IMG/VR virus record: IMGVR_UViG_3300025782_000004
Strand: one strand, 5' to 3'
Length of the DNA stretch: 64,000 nucleotides
DNA from: an uncultured virus (IMG/VR IMGVR_UViG_3300025782_000004)
Lineage: Duplodnaviria > Heunggongvirae > Uroviricota > Caudoviricetes
Part shown: positions 29,193 through 38,290 of the stretch, piece by piece
Position numbering within the stretch: the stretch's first letter is position 1
Layout: every line of letters starts with the position of its first letter
Translations under genes and position numbers: made by a program
The notes under the pieces: generated by a model
Seen by the model: the letters and a program-made list of their open reading frames with translations, nothing else
Database searches by the model: none
Told to the model about the DNA's origin: nothing

Positions 29193-31058
29193 GTGTCTTA
29201 TACAATTAACTTAACTAACGGATCATTATTATCAACTGTTTCTGATGGAACAATTGATATTACCAGTTCCAGTTTAACCTTAATTGGTAGAGACTATTCC
29301 GGCTACGGAGCTTTTTTAAACGAAAACTTTGTTAAAATGTTAGAGAATTTCTCTAATACATCAAGTCCACCCAGTCCCTTAAAAGGACAACTATGGTGGG
29401 ATTCTACCAACAACGTCCTGCGTGTTTGGTCTGGTACAAGTTGGAAAATTTCAACCGGTGCAACATCGTCGGGTACAGCACCAACTGACCTAAGTGCCCT
29501 CGGTGGCGACTTATGGTTTGATACTATTAATCAACAGCTAAAAGTATATACTGGTACAGGATTCCTTGTAGTTGGTCCTCCGAGTACACCTGCTACGGGC
29601 AACACAGGAACATTCCCAGTTCTAATGACTGATACCAGTTCTGGTACACACGTAGTAATACAGTTTATCATTGCTGGTACCATTTACGCAGTATTTTCTA
29701 AAGATACATTTTCTACTACACTACCTGGGTTCACTAATATTGTACCAGGTCTTAATTTTAATTTATCTGTTGCCCAAACACTGGGATTGAATACTCAAAG
29801 TGCTAGCGCCTTACCTAGCACACTGGTATTGAGAGACAGCGCATCTGGAATTACTGGCGCGGCAATTAACGGTACAGTTGTTACAGCATCAACAGTTAAT
29901 GCTGGATCACTCAACGGTACATTCAATGGAACTTTAAACGGAAACGTTTCAGCAACCACAGTCAGCGCAACAACAATGACGTCCCAGGTATTTACAGCAC
30001 TATCTGGATTTACTGGAACACTACTAACACCTAGTCAGACTAACATAACTGGACTAGGTAATATTACTAATTTAAATACTAACGGTACCACAACACTATC
30101 AGGTACTACTAACATAAATGGATCAGGCTACTACAACGGATCGCCTATTGCAACAATTGGTGGATCTGCATCGTTCTCGTCTATTAATAATACACCAATT
30201 GGCAATATTACACCAAGTACTGGTGCATTTACTACACTGGCAGGTACACTAACTACCGCGGTACAACCAAATTTAACAACAGCACTGACTTTAGCTAATA
30301 TCGGTACTGTTACAGCAGGAACATGGCATGCCAACGTTATTTCACCAACTTATGGTGGTACTGGCGTCAACAATGGTTCTAACACACTGACCCTATCTGG
30401 TAGCTACACATTAAATCAAAGTGTTGCTAGCGGAGCAGCACCAACCCTAACCGGTACAAATTTTAGCAGTATTCCAAACGGTGCATTAACTAACAACTCT
30501 ATTACAGTTACAGCAGGTACAGGTTTAACTGGTGGCGGAACAGTCGCTCTAGGCGGTAGTGTAACTGTTAGTTTAGCCGGTTCCGGCGCAGTTACTAGTT
30601 TATCAGCTGGTACAGGAGTTTCCCTATCGGGATCAACTGGTGCTGTTACAGTTAGCATTGGACAAGCAGTTGGCACAGGTAATAGTCCAACTTTTGCTGG
30701 CCTAACAGTAAACGGATCAATAAACGCTACGGGCGATATTACATCCAATTATTCGGACGATCGATTAAAAACACGAGTCAGTAAGATTGACAATGCCCTG
30801 GATAAGGTGTTATCATTGACAGGATTCATATACGAACCAAACGAGATAGCACAAGGTTTGGGTTATGAAGTACGTAGAGATGTTGGTATTAGTGCTCAAG
30901 ATGCTAAACGTATTTTACCAGAACTTACTGCGCCGGCCCCGATTGATCCACAATACTTAACTGTTAAGTATGATCGACTATCTGCACTATTGGTCGAAGC
31001 TATTAAAGAATTAAAAGGTCAAATTGACGACATAAAATCAATTTTAGCAACAAAATAA
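29193..31058 (+). CDS. Tail fibre with C-terminal intramolecular chaperone (peptidase S74-like)
   Basis: SDDRLK autocleavage motif, then G.SAQD and LLVEAIKELK. GTG start with AAGGA ribosome site. Confidence 0.88.
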   Translation: MSYTINLTNGSLLSTVSDGTIDITSSSLTLIGRDYSGYGAFLNENFVKMLENFSNTSSPPSPLKGQLWWDSTNNVLRVWSGTSWKISTGATSSGTAPTDLSALGGDLWFDTINQQLKVYTGTGFLVVGPPSTPATGNTGTFPVLMTDTSSGTHVVIQFIIAGTIYAVFSKDTFSTTLPGFTNIVPGLNFNLSVAQTLGLNTQSASALPSTLVLRDSASGITGAAINGTVVTASTVNAGSLNGTFNGTLNGNVSATTVSATTMTSQVFTALSGFTGTLLTPSQTNITGLGNITNLNTNGTTTLSGTTNINGSGYYNGSPIATIGGSASFSSINNTPIGNITPSTGAFTTLAGTLTTAVQPNLTTALTLANIGTVTAGTWHANVISPTYGGTGVNNGSNTLTLSGSYTLNQSVASGAAPTLTGTNFSSIPNGALTNNSITVTAGTGLTGGGTVALGGSVTVSLAGSGAVTSLSAGTGVSLSGSTGAVTVSIGQAVGTGNSPTFAGLTVNGSINATGDITSNYSDDRLKTRVSKIDNALDKVLSLTGFIYEPNEIAQGLGYEVRRDVGISAQDAKRILPELTAPAPIDPQYLTVKYDRLSALLVEAIKELKGQIDDIKSILATK

Positions 31059-31061
31059 GTA

Positions 31062-31069
31062 AATAAATA
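31062..31069 (+). promoter_or_regulatory. Late promoter motif AATAAATA
   Basis: Intergenic, upstream of ATG 31091. Confidence 0.5.
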
Positions 31070-31090
31070 TATTCACAGGAATAGAAAAAT

Positions 31091-32029
31091 ATGGCGTACT
31101 CACAAGGTGGCTTAATTGCTGCATCAGATTATAATGGTTTTGTCAACGGTTCAAACCAGTTAAACACCGTTTGGTCCACTGGCACAGGTAACGCTGGCTA
31201 CGGACAAACTGCGATATCAGCAGTATCTGGTAGCGGCTTAGTAACAGCCACACAATGGGCTAGTTTAATTAACACATTAAATAGTGTTTTAACACACCAA
31301 AGTGGTAGCGGATCCGGCATCAGTGGTAGTATTACTAGTGGACAAACTATCAACTACCTAAGTACACTATCCACAAACGTCAATACTGCTTACACAAACC
31401 GTTCAAATTTTGCTTCACAAGGTTCTACAACTACTGGTTCAGTATTCAGTCCAAACTTTACAGCAGTAAACGGTGCTACTGCCCAAACATATACAATTAC
31501 TCGTACAGCAACATTTAGTTCGGGCGATGCTGCACGCTACTTCTTTAATGCTGGCGGCCAACTTAACTTTATTTTCACAAGTACCACAGTAGGTGACGGC
31601 ACAGCACGCTCAACTGATCTACAAACATTGATCAGTACCAATTTGGTAAGCTATCCAGCGTTCCGTTCCGCTACAGGCGGCGGACGTAGTGGCACAGGTG
31701 GAACAGTCAACACCAACGCAACCAACATCGGGTACTACCAATTAACTACAACCAATCAAACATTGACGCAAATCACATCAACTACTTCTGGCTACACCGG
31801 AGATTATGTAATTTTGGCGGTGAAATCAAATGGTGTACAGGGCGCACATGCTGACGTTGGTAGCGTTATTACATTCACCGTGACTATCTATAGTGCAGCA
31901 CGTACTGACCCAACATTGGGTGCTCAGTTTAACGACTCAATTAACATTACCCCAAACCATCGTATTGACGTGGTATATCCAGAAACAACTAACCTAACTA
32001 ACACTTGGGGTACAGTAACAATCGCTTAA
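31091..32029 (+). CDS. Virion structural protein (tail-associated, function unknown)
   Basis: T/S/G/N-rich and charge-poor; last gene of the late operon; late motif and AGGA site upstream. Confidence 0.65.
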   Translation: MAYSQGGLIAASDYNGFVNGSNQLNTVWSTGTGNAGYGQTAISAVSGSGLVTATQWASLINTLNSVLTHQSGSGSGISGSITSGQTINYLSTLSTNVNTAYTNRSNFASQGSTTTGSVFSPNFTAVNGATAQTYTITRTATFSSGDAARYFFNAGGQLNFIFTSTTVGDGTARSTDLQTLISTNLVSYPAFRSATGGGRSGTGGTVNTNATNIGYYQLTTTNQTLTQITSTTSGYTGDYVILAVKSNGVQGAHADVGSVITFTVTIYSAARTDPTLGAQFNDSINITPNHRIDVVYPETTNLTNTWGTVTIA

Positions 32030-32040
32030 TCCATATTAAG

Positions 32041-32069
32041 TTGACATCCGGGGTGTAGTATAGTATAAT
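32041..32069 (+). promoter_or_regulatory. Perfect-consensus sigma70 promoter TTGACA-17-TATAAT opening the modification island
   Basis: TTGACA 32041-32046, TATAAT 32064-32069, 17-nt spacer. Confidence 0.85.
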
Positions 32070-32086
32070 AACTATCTACACCTTTT
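32052..32086 (+). terminator. Intrinsic terminator-like hairpin ending the structural operon
   Basis: GGTGTAG-T-ATAGT / loop ATAATA / ACTAT-CTACACC, followed by TTTT. Confidence 0.6.
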
Positions 32087-32093
32087 ATTCTAT

Positions 32094-32408
32094 ATGAGCG
32101 AACTCGAAAAAATTACTGACGAAATCCGTCGGGCAACTGATTATCAGATCAACAAAAAGATTCTTCGCGAGAAGATCCAAACCGATTTGCACGTTGCATA
32201 TAACGGTGGCCTGTTCAAAGTAACTCCTGAACTGTTGGCATTTGTAGCTACATATAGATATACTACAATGTATATTGAAGACACATATCATAATCCCATT
32301 GAAGTTGAACGTGACGAGTTTCGTACACTATGTGAAGAACACTATCAACTAGTAATGAATCGATGGCATCAAGAACATAATGAACTCAAACGAATCCGTA
32401 AAGTCTAG
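32094..32408 (+). CDS. Hypothetical protein
   Basis: 104-aa ORF directly after the promoter, overlapping the next gene. Confidence 0.75.
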   Translation: MSELEKITDEIRRATDYQINKKILREKIQTDLHVAYNGGLFKVTPELLAFVATYRYTTMYIEDTYHNPIEVERDEFRTLCEEHYQLVMNRWHQEHNELKRIRKV

Positions 32409-33192
32409 AGGTGTAGTAGTATTTGCTTTTAATACTACCATAGACTATGTTGCTATTGCAGATCAAACAAGTCGACTGATTGGCCACACATTAAATTTAC
32501 CCATTACACTGATCACTGACTTAGATAGCACACCCAAGTTTGCATACGATCATATTGTTCGAATAGAAAAACAGGGCGACACATTTAAAACAGAAGATAT
32601 GTCGTTCCGCTGGAGAAATCTTGGTAGACATTTAGCCTATGATCTCAGTCCCTACGATGAAACAGTTTTACTGGATACTGATTATCTTGTATTGGATGAT
32701 AGCCTATTAAAATTGTTTGCTACAGATTTTGATTATCGGTTAATGCACCACAATGCAACACCCGAAGGACCAAGTTATGAACTAATGGGTGAAACAAGCC
32801 TTCCGTTTATTTGGGCCACAGTAGTCCTTTTTAGAAAAACAGAACGTGCTAGGTTATTTTTTGATCTTGTAGGGCGAGTTCAACGGAACTACGCCTACTA
32901 TCGTGCTTTGTACAATATTCGTGAAGGAAATTTCCGTAATGACTATGCATTTGCTATAGCTAACAATATCATTAGTGGTTATTCCTTAAATGAAGACCAA
33001 GGCATTCCTTGGCGCATGTTTACACTAGAAAAGAAAATTGAACGTATAATATTAAAGGATAATTTTATACACGTACATCACAACGAAACAGCTACAGTGG
33101 TGCCATACCAAAATATACATGTGATGGATAAGTGGTATTTACAAAGTAGTGAATTTGAACAATTAGTGGAGGCTATAGTTGAGCCAACATAA
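32380..33192 (+). CDS. Putative GT-A glycosyltransferase
   Basis: SPYDETVLLDTD (DxD after a beta-strand), N-terminal RGVVVFAFN...DY, RND, and a late HVMDK. Confidence 0.7.
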   Translation: MNSNESVKSRGVVVFAFNTTIDYVAIADQTSRLIGHTLNLPITLITDLDSTPKFAYDHIVRIEKQGDTFKTEDMSFRWRNLGRHLAYDLSPYDETVLLDTDYLVLDDSLLKLFATDFDYRLMHHNATPEGPSYELMGETSLPFIWATVVLFRKTERARLFFDLVGRVQRNYAYYRALYNIREGNFRNDYAFAIANNIISGYSLNEDQGIPWRMFTLEKKIERIILKDNFIHVHHNETATVVPYQNIHVMDKWYLQSSEFEQLVEAIVEPT

Positions 33193-34030
33193 AGAACAAC
33201 AAGGATTTGTTACCTTTGCACAAAACACAGACGCAGTGGATTATTTGGAGCTTGCTTACCTGCAGGCACTTAACATTAAGGCAACGCAGAAGAATAACCG
33301 GTATGCGGTAATTGTTGATGCAACCACTAAGGAGAAAGTAAATGACTCTCATCGTAATACTTTTGATTATATTATTGATCTGCCCACCGATTATAATGAC
33401 ACTTCCTCTGATAGAAAGTTTGCTAACGAATGGCAAGTCTTTCGTCTTACGCCTTTTAAAGAGACTATTAAATTAGAATCAGATTTATTGTTTACAAGAA
33501 GTATTGAACATTGGTGGACTGCATTTAGATTACGGAATGTTTGTTTAAGCACAGGTGCTAAAACATTTGGCGGAATCAATGGAACTATACGCAAGTATCG
33601 GGAATTGTTTGATGCTAATCAGTTACCGGATGTCTACAACGGCCTAATGTATTTCCGCTATAGTCAAGACGCACACAATTTTTTTGAAGCCGCACGTTAT
33701 ATACAGCAGTATTGGGAATATGTAAAAACTGGTCTTAAAAAATGCGTTGAAGACAAACCCAGTACAGATGTGCTATACGCATTAGCTGCACTAATGGTTG
33801 GTGAAGAAACCTGCACAATGCCTAGTATGGACTTTATAAACTTTGTACATATGAAGTCTGGATTCAATGGATGGTCGGACACACAAAGTTGGTTAGAAAC
33901 TGTTATGACAGAACGAGACGGTGATGTTATTCGAATCAATAACTTAAACCAATATGGCCCTGTACATTACTACGATAAGAATTACTGCACTAAAGAACTA
34001 ATTGAATATTATGAGTCCAGAAGAACTTAA
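33179..34030 (+). CDS. Putative GT-A glycosyltransferase (paralog of 32380)
   Basis: QGFVTFAQN...DY, TPFKETIKLESD (ExD variant), STD, FVHMK. Confidence 0.65.
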   Translation: MSQHKEQQGFVTFAQNTDAVDYLELAYLQALNIKATQKNNRYAVIVDATTKEKVNDSHRNTFDYIIDLPTDYNDTSSDRKFANEWQVFRLTPFKETIKLESDLLFTRSIEHWWTAFRLRNVCLSTGAKTFGGINGTIRKYRELFDANQLPDVYNGLMYFRYSQDAHNFFEAARYIQQYWEYVKTGLKKCVEDKPSTDVLYALAALMVGEETCTMPSMDFINFVHMKSGFNGWSDTQSWLETVMTERDGDVIRINNLNQYGPVHYYDKNYCTKELIEYYESRRT

Positions 34031-34358
34031 AGCATATTGGGCAGAGGTAAAACCCGAAATATCAACACAACTTGAATATAGATTGCATTATAATGATGAT
34101 GGTGATATTACAATGTGTAGTATGCAACAACACCCAGAATCAACTCAGTATATTGTAGTAACAAAAGAAGAATATGATAACTATTTTCGGTATTGTGTGG
34201 TCAAAGGACAACTAGTTAAAATTGAACATAATTCAAAATATCGTGTCAGACTTAAAAAATCTACAAAGGGATTTCCTACAGTAGCAGGACACGCAGGACT
34301 TGTAATAGAAGCAGATGAAGTATATAATAACGTAGAATACTATGAGCCAAATAATTGA
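34002..34358 (+). CDS. Hypothetical protein
   Basis: ORF overlapping both neighbours; exact start uncertain. Confidence 0.65.
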   Translation: MNIMSPEELKAYWAEVKPEISTQLEYRLHYNDDGDITMCSMQQHPESTQYIVVTKEEYDNYFRYCVVKGQLVKIEHNSKYRVRLKKSTKGFPTVAGHAGLVIEADEVYNNVEYYEPNN

Positions 34359-35241
34359 CGTAGCAGATTTAGACTGCATTTACCTAACCTATGATGAACC
34401 AAATAAAGAACAAAATTGGATCCATATACAAAATATGGTTCCCTGGGCCCGTCGTGTGGATGGTGTTAAAGGGTCAGACGCCGCCCACAAAGCCGCCGCT
34501 GATGAAAGTAGCACTGACCGTTTTATTCTTATTGACGGTGACAATATCCCAGATCCTAATTTCTTTAATCTCCAGCTGGCACTAGACGATACAAATAAAG
34601 ATTGTGTATTCCGTTGGCGGGCTCGTAACGCTATTAATGGCCTAATGTATGGCAATGGCGGATTAAGTTGCTGGACTCGAGACTTCGTCTACAGTATGCG
34701 TACACACGAAGCTAGTGACGGCACCACAGAAAACGATGTAGAGTTTTGTTTTTACCCTAACTACTGGGCTATGAGTGACTGCTATTCAACTACCTATCCT
34801 AATGCTACTCCTTTCCAGGCTTGGCGTGCTGGCTTCCGTGAAGGTGTTAAGATGTGTTTAGATCGCGGAGCAAAGCCCACGCTACAAGAGTTTGAATCAC
34901 GTGTGCATGGCCGCAACTACGATCACTTGTGTATTTGGCAATCAGTTGGTGCCGATGCTGACAACGGTTTTTATAGTATCTTGGGTGCTAGAACAGGTAC
35001 TTATATGACCATGCTGACCGAGTGGGACTATCGAGTAGTACAGGACTTTTCTGTACTAGAACAAATTTGGCAAAACAACGGAGCAGAGGATCAAGACACT
35101 GATCGGTGCAGTGAGTTAGGGGATATACTGCGTCATCAGTTAGGACTACCTATTGTTGATATGGATCCGGATGCAAGTAAGTTTTTTAAACATCATTACA
35201 AAAGTCAGTTTCGTAATCAAGGACCAATGATCCGTGAGTAA
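34342..35241 (+). CDS. Putative GT-A/GT2-like glycosyltransferase
   Basis: DCIYLTYDEP...GVKGSDAAHKAAA...FILIDGDN (DxD), AWRAGFREGVK. Homologous to the C-terminus of the 50506 protein. Confidence 0.6.
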   Translation: MSQIIDVADLDCIYLTYDEPNKEQNWIHIQNMVPWARRVDGVKGSDAAHKAAADESSTDRFILIDGDNIPDPNFFNLQLALDDTNKDCVFRWRARNAINGLMYGNGGLSCWTRDFVYSMRTHEASDGTTENDVEFCFYPNYWAMSDCYSTTYPNATPFQAWRAGFREGVKMCLDRGAKPTLQEFESRVHGRNYDHLCIWQSVGADADNGFYSILGARTGTYMTMLTEWDYRVVQDFSVLEQIWQNNGAEDQDTDRCSELGDILRHQLGLPIVDMDPDASKFFKHHYKSQFRNQGPMIRE

Positions 35242-36619
35242 ATCAGATTTTATGGCATCAGCTGAGTGGATGAAGGAGAATCTAGGTCCTGCACTCTGTT
35301 TGGCTAAATGGAAACAAGTGAGCCTACACTTGCCCACAGGACTTAATAACTCCTGTTACCATCCACCCCTACATCCAATTGATGCTGACGCATTAAAAGA
35401 TAATCCTGGCGCATTACATAATACTGAGCATAAGAAACAGCAACGTGTTATCATGCTTAAGAATGAAAAACCTAGTGAATGTAGTTACTGCTGGAATATA
35501 GAAGCACACGATCAATTAAGTGATCGACACTATCGATCAGGAGAACCGTGGGCTGCTGAAGACTATGAAGTAATTAAAAATTCCACAGGAGAAGAAGATG
35601 ACGTTATTCCAAGTTATGTTGAAGTTAATTTTAATCACGCCTGCAATCTCGCTTGTAGCTATTGCAGTCCACAATTTAGTAGTTCCTGGGCACAAGAGGT
35701 TGAACGTTGGGGAGCCTATCCGACATCAAGTCCTCATAATGATCCCAGCCATTTTGTGGGTCGTAATCGTCCTATCCCTGCAAGAGAGGACAACCCCTAT
35801 GTCGATGCCTTCTGGCAGTGGTGGCCAGAATTGTACCCAAAGCTCAAACACTTCCGGATGACTGGTGGTGAACCACTAATGGATCGAAATACCTATCGGG
35901 TATTTGATTATGTCCTGGCTCTACCCAACCCCGAACTACACCTAAATGTAACCAGTAACTTTTCAGTAGATGACTCCCTGTTTGAAAAATATTTGGGCTA
36001 TGTTAAACAATTATGTAACACAAACATAGAACACTTTATGCAGTATGTTAGTTTAGACTCCGGCAAATATCAACACGCTGAGTACATTAGACACGGACTA
36101 AACTTTCACCGTATGCAAAATAATGTACATAGATTCTTACACGAGATTCCATATCGCAATAGTCTTACATTTATTATTACAATGAATAATCTAAGCGTGT
36201 TGGGCATACAGCAACAGTTAGAATGGATTCTTAACCTCCGCAAGTCTTATAGCACAACTTATCAACGTGTTTGGTTTGATACACCACTATTACGCCAACC
36301 TTCTTGGCAAAGTTTACAAATACTCCCAGAAGTCTATGTAGGAGTACTAGAACGTGTAGCAGACTGGATGGAACTACATTTAGAAACACCAGACAAGCCA
36401 TTTCAAGGCTTTAAAGATTACGAAGTACAACGTATGCGTCGTGACATAGATTGGATGAAAGAAGGTAGCAAACTTGATCCAGAATATGTTAAACTACAAA
36501 GAGCAGATTTTTATCGTTTCTTTAACGAACACGATAAACGACGGAATACTGATTTTTTAACAACCTTCCCCGAAATGAAGGAATTTTGGAGCCAATGCCG
36601 ATACTATGCCCAAAATTAA
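35234..36619 (+). CDS. Radical SAM protein (N-terminal twitch-like domain)
   Basis: CNLACSYC, TGGEP; N-terminal CLAKW...SCYH...ECSYCW. Confidence 0.9.
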   Translation: MSKSDFMASAEWMKENLGPALCLAKWKQVSLHLPTGLNNSCYHPPLHPIDADALKDNPGALHNTEHKKQQRVIMLKNEKPSECSYCWNIEAHDQLSDRHYRSGEPWAAEDYEVIKNSTGEEDDVIPSYVEVNFNHACNLACSYCSPQFSSSWAQEVERWGAYPTSSPHNDPSHFVGRNRPIPAREDNPYVDAFWQWWPELYPKLKHFRMTGGEPLMDRNTYRVFDYVLALPNPELHLNVTSNFSVDDSLFEKYLGYVKQLCNTNIEHFMQYVSLDSGKYQHAEYIRHGLNFHRMQNNVHRFLHEIPYRNSLTFIITMNNLSVLGIQQQLEWILNLRKSYSTTYQRVWFDTPLLRQPSWQSLQILPEVYVGVLERVADWMELHLETPDKPFQGFKDYEVQRMRRDIDWMKEGSKLDPEYVKLQRADFYRFFNEHDKRRNTDFLTTFPEMKEFWSQCRYYAQN

Positions 36620-36940
36620 TTTAAAAGAAAAAATAGTATTTGGGAAAAAATAGTTAAAAATATAAACACATTAGCTGATCGATATGGCGGGTATTCCTGT
36701 ATACAAATAAACACCGTACTACAACGTGACAATATCAATCATTTATTAGAACTAGGGCAATGGATAGAAAGCACAGGAATCACACGCTGGACATTGTCCG
36801 AACTTGGCCCAACCCTTGGATTTAATCCAATTGGCCAATATCATTATCAAAATTGTGAAAAAAGTAATAGTTCCGGAAGAACTATTTAAATTATCGATAG
36901 TATCAACAAATATAAAAAGTGTAAACTTACTTAAAAAAAT
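36606..36940 (+). pseudogene. Relic of an internally deleted radical SAM gene
   Basis: The start-less open frame 36620-36889 reads RKNSIWEKIVKNI...IQINTVLQRDNINHLLELGQWI, matching the C-terminal half of neighbouring paralogs. No CxxxCxxC. A short out-of-frame ATG ORF starts at 36606. Confidence 0.65.
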
Positions 36941-38290
36941 ATGCCAAGACTCAACAACGAAACAGATTTAGAATATAAACGTAGAGTAATCGATATTAAA
37001 TCAGACTCATTTTGTGGTGCCAAATGGTACAATGCTACCATATGGTTGGGATCAGGACAGACTACAAGTTGCCATCACCCACTGCCACATAAAGTTGCAG
37101 TAGAAGATATACTAAATAATCCTAAAGCACTACATAATACACTAACAAAGAAAAAAGAACGTGCTCAAATGCAACAGGGCGAACGCCCAGGCGGTTGTGA
37201 GTATTGTTGGAAAATAGAGGACATTGGCCGTGACAACATCAGTGATAGAGTATATAAAACAGTTATCTATTCAGACGAAGACCTGGATCAAGCATATAAC
37301 CTTCCAGCAGATGCAGACGTGGATTTACAAACTTTGGAAATTGCATTCGATCGTACCTGTAATTTTGCTTGCTCTTACTGTAACCCTGCTTTCAGTTCAA
37401 CTTGGGTTAATGATTTGGATCGCAACGGCCCTTACACAGGGTTGGTTAGTGATGGCCGAAATCATTTTACTCACGGTCATGATAGCAGTCAACTTTATCG
37501 CTTTAATGAAAGCAATCCTTACGTGGATGCCTTCTTTAAATGGTGGGAATCAGACCTCCATAGAACACTAAAAGAACTGCGACTAACGGGTGGCGAGCCG
37601 CTTATGTCAGGCGACACGTGGAAGTTATTAAACTGGTTTAAAAACAATGACACTGATATGAAGTTTGCTATGAACAGCAATCTTGGTGCCAAGGATGAGC
37701 TAATTGATCGATTAATTGATGCAACGCATTCGATCAAACACTTTCATTTGTATACTAGTAATGAATCAATCAGTCAACAAAGCGAATATATTCGTGATGG
37801 ACTAGTTTGGGATAACTGGGCCAACAATGTAGAAAAAATATTGACTAACGGTAGACTTGAAGGATTTCACATGATGTGTACCGTTAACGCATTATGCTTA
37901 GACAGTTTGGTTAGTTTTTTAGAATGTGTAATGAATTGGAAACGTGAGTATGGAAAAGACTTTCCTACGTTTACACTAAATATTTTACGCTTCCCAAGTT
38001 TTCAATCACCCCTAGTATTACCGGATTCAATTAGGACTTACTATAGAGAACAATTACAGGAATGGTTTGATCAAAATGCCTACGATGATTGTATGCATCA
38101 AATGGAACGTAATCAGTTACGTAGATTAATTGATTACCTTGATGTAGTTAAAACACCCCACGTAGGTGCAGCAGAGCAATCAGTCCTACAACAAGATTTT
38201 AAAAAGTTTTACACTCAGTATGACCAACGTCGCGGTAAAAACTTTGCCCAAACGTTCCCAAATTTAGAAGAATGGTACAATAGTATATGA
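36941..38290 (+). CDS. Radical SAM protein (N-terminal twitch-like domain)
   Basis: CNFACSYC, TGGEP; CGAKW...SCHH...GCEYCW. Confidence 0.9.
   Translation: MPRLNNETDLEYKRRVIDIKSDSFCGAKWYNATIWLGSGQTTSCHHPLPHKVAVEDILNNPKALHNTLTKKKERAQMQQGERPGGCEYCWKIEDIGRDNISDRVYKTVIYSDEDLDQAYNLPADADVDLQTLEIAFDRTCNFACSYCNPAFSSTWVNDLDRNGPYTGLVSDGRNHFTHGHDSSQLYRFNESNPYVDAFFKWWESDLHRTLKELRLTGGEPLMSGDTWKLLNWFKNNDTDMKFAMNSNLGAKDELIDRLIDATHSIKHFHLYTSNESISQQSEYIRDGLVWDNWANNVEKILTNGRLEGFHMMCTVNALCLDSLVSFLECVMNWKREYGKDFPTFTLNILRFPSFQSPLVLPDSIRTYYREQLQEWFDQNAYDDCMHQMERNQLRRLIDYLDVVKTPHVGAAEQSVLQQDFKKFYTQYDQRRGKNFAQTFPNLEEWYNSI

Noticed and set aside
24493..32029. Diversity-generating retroelement acting on the fibres
   Set aside because: I saw no reverse transcriptase and no template/variable repeat pair differing at adenines. 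A self-alignment would be needed to exclude it fully.
36617..36889. Programmed readthrough extending the 35234 radical SAM
   Set aside because: 35234 already ends with the family's normal C-terminus (D.RR...F...FPE). The downstream frame repeats an internal region, which fits a deletion relic better.
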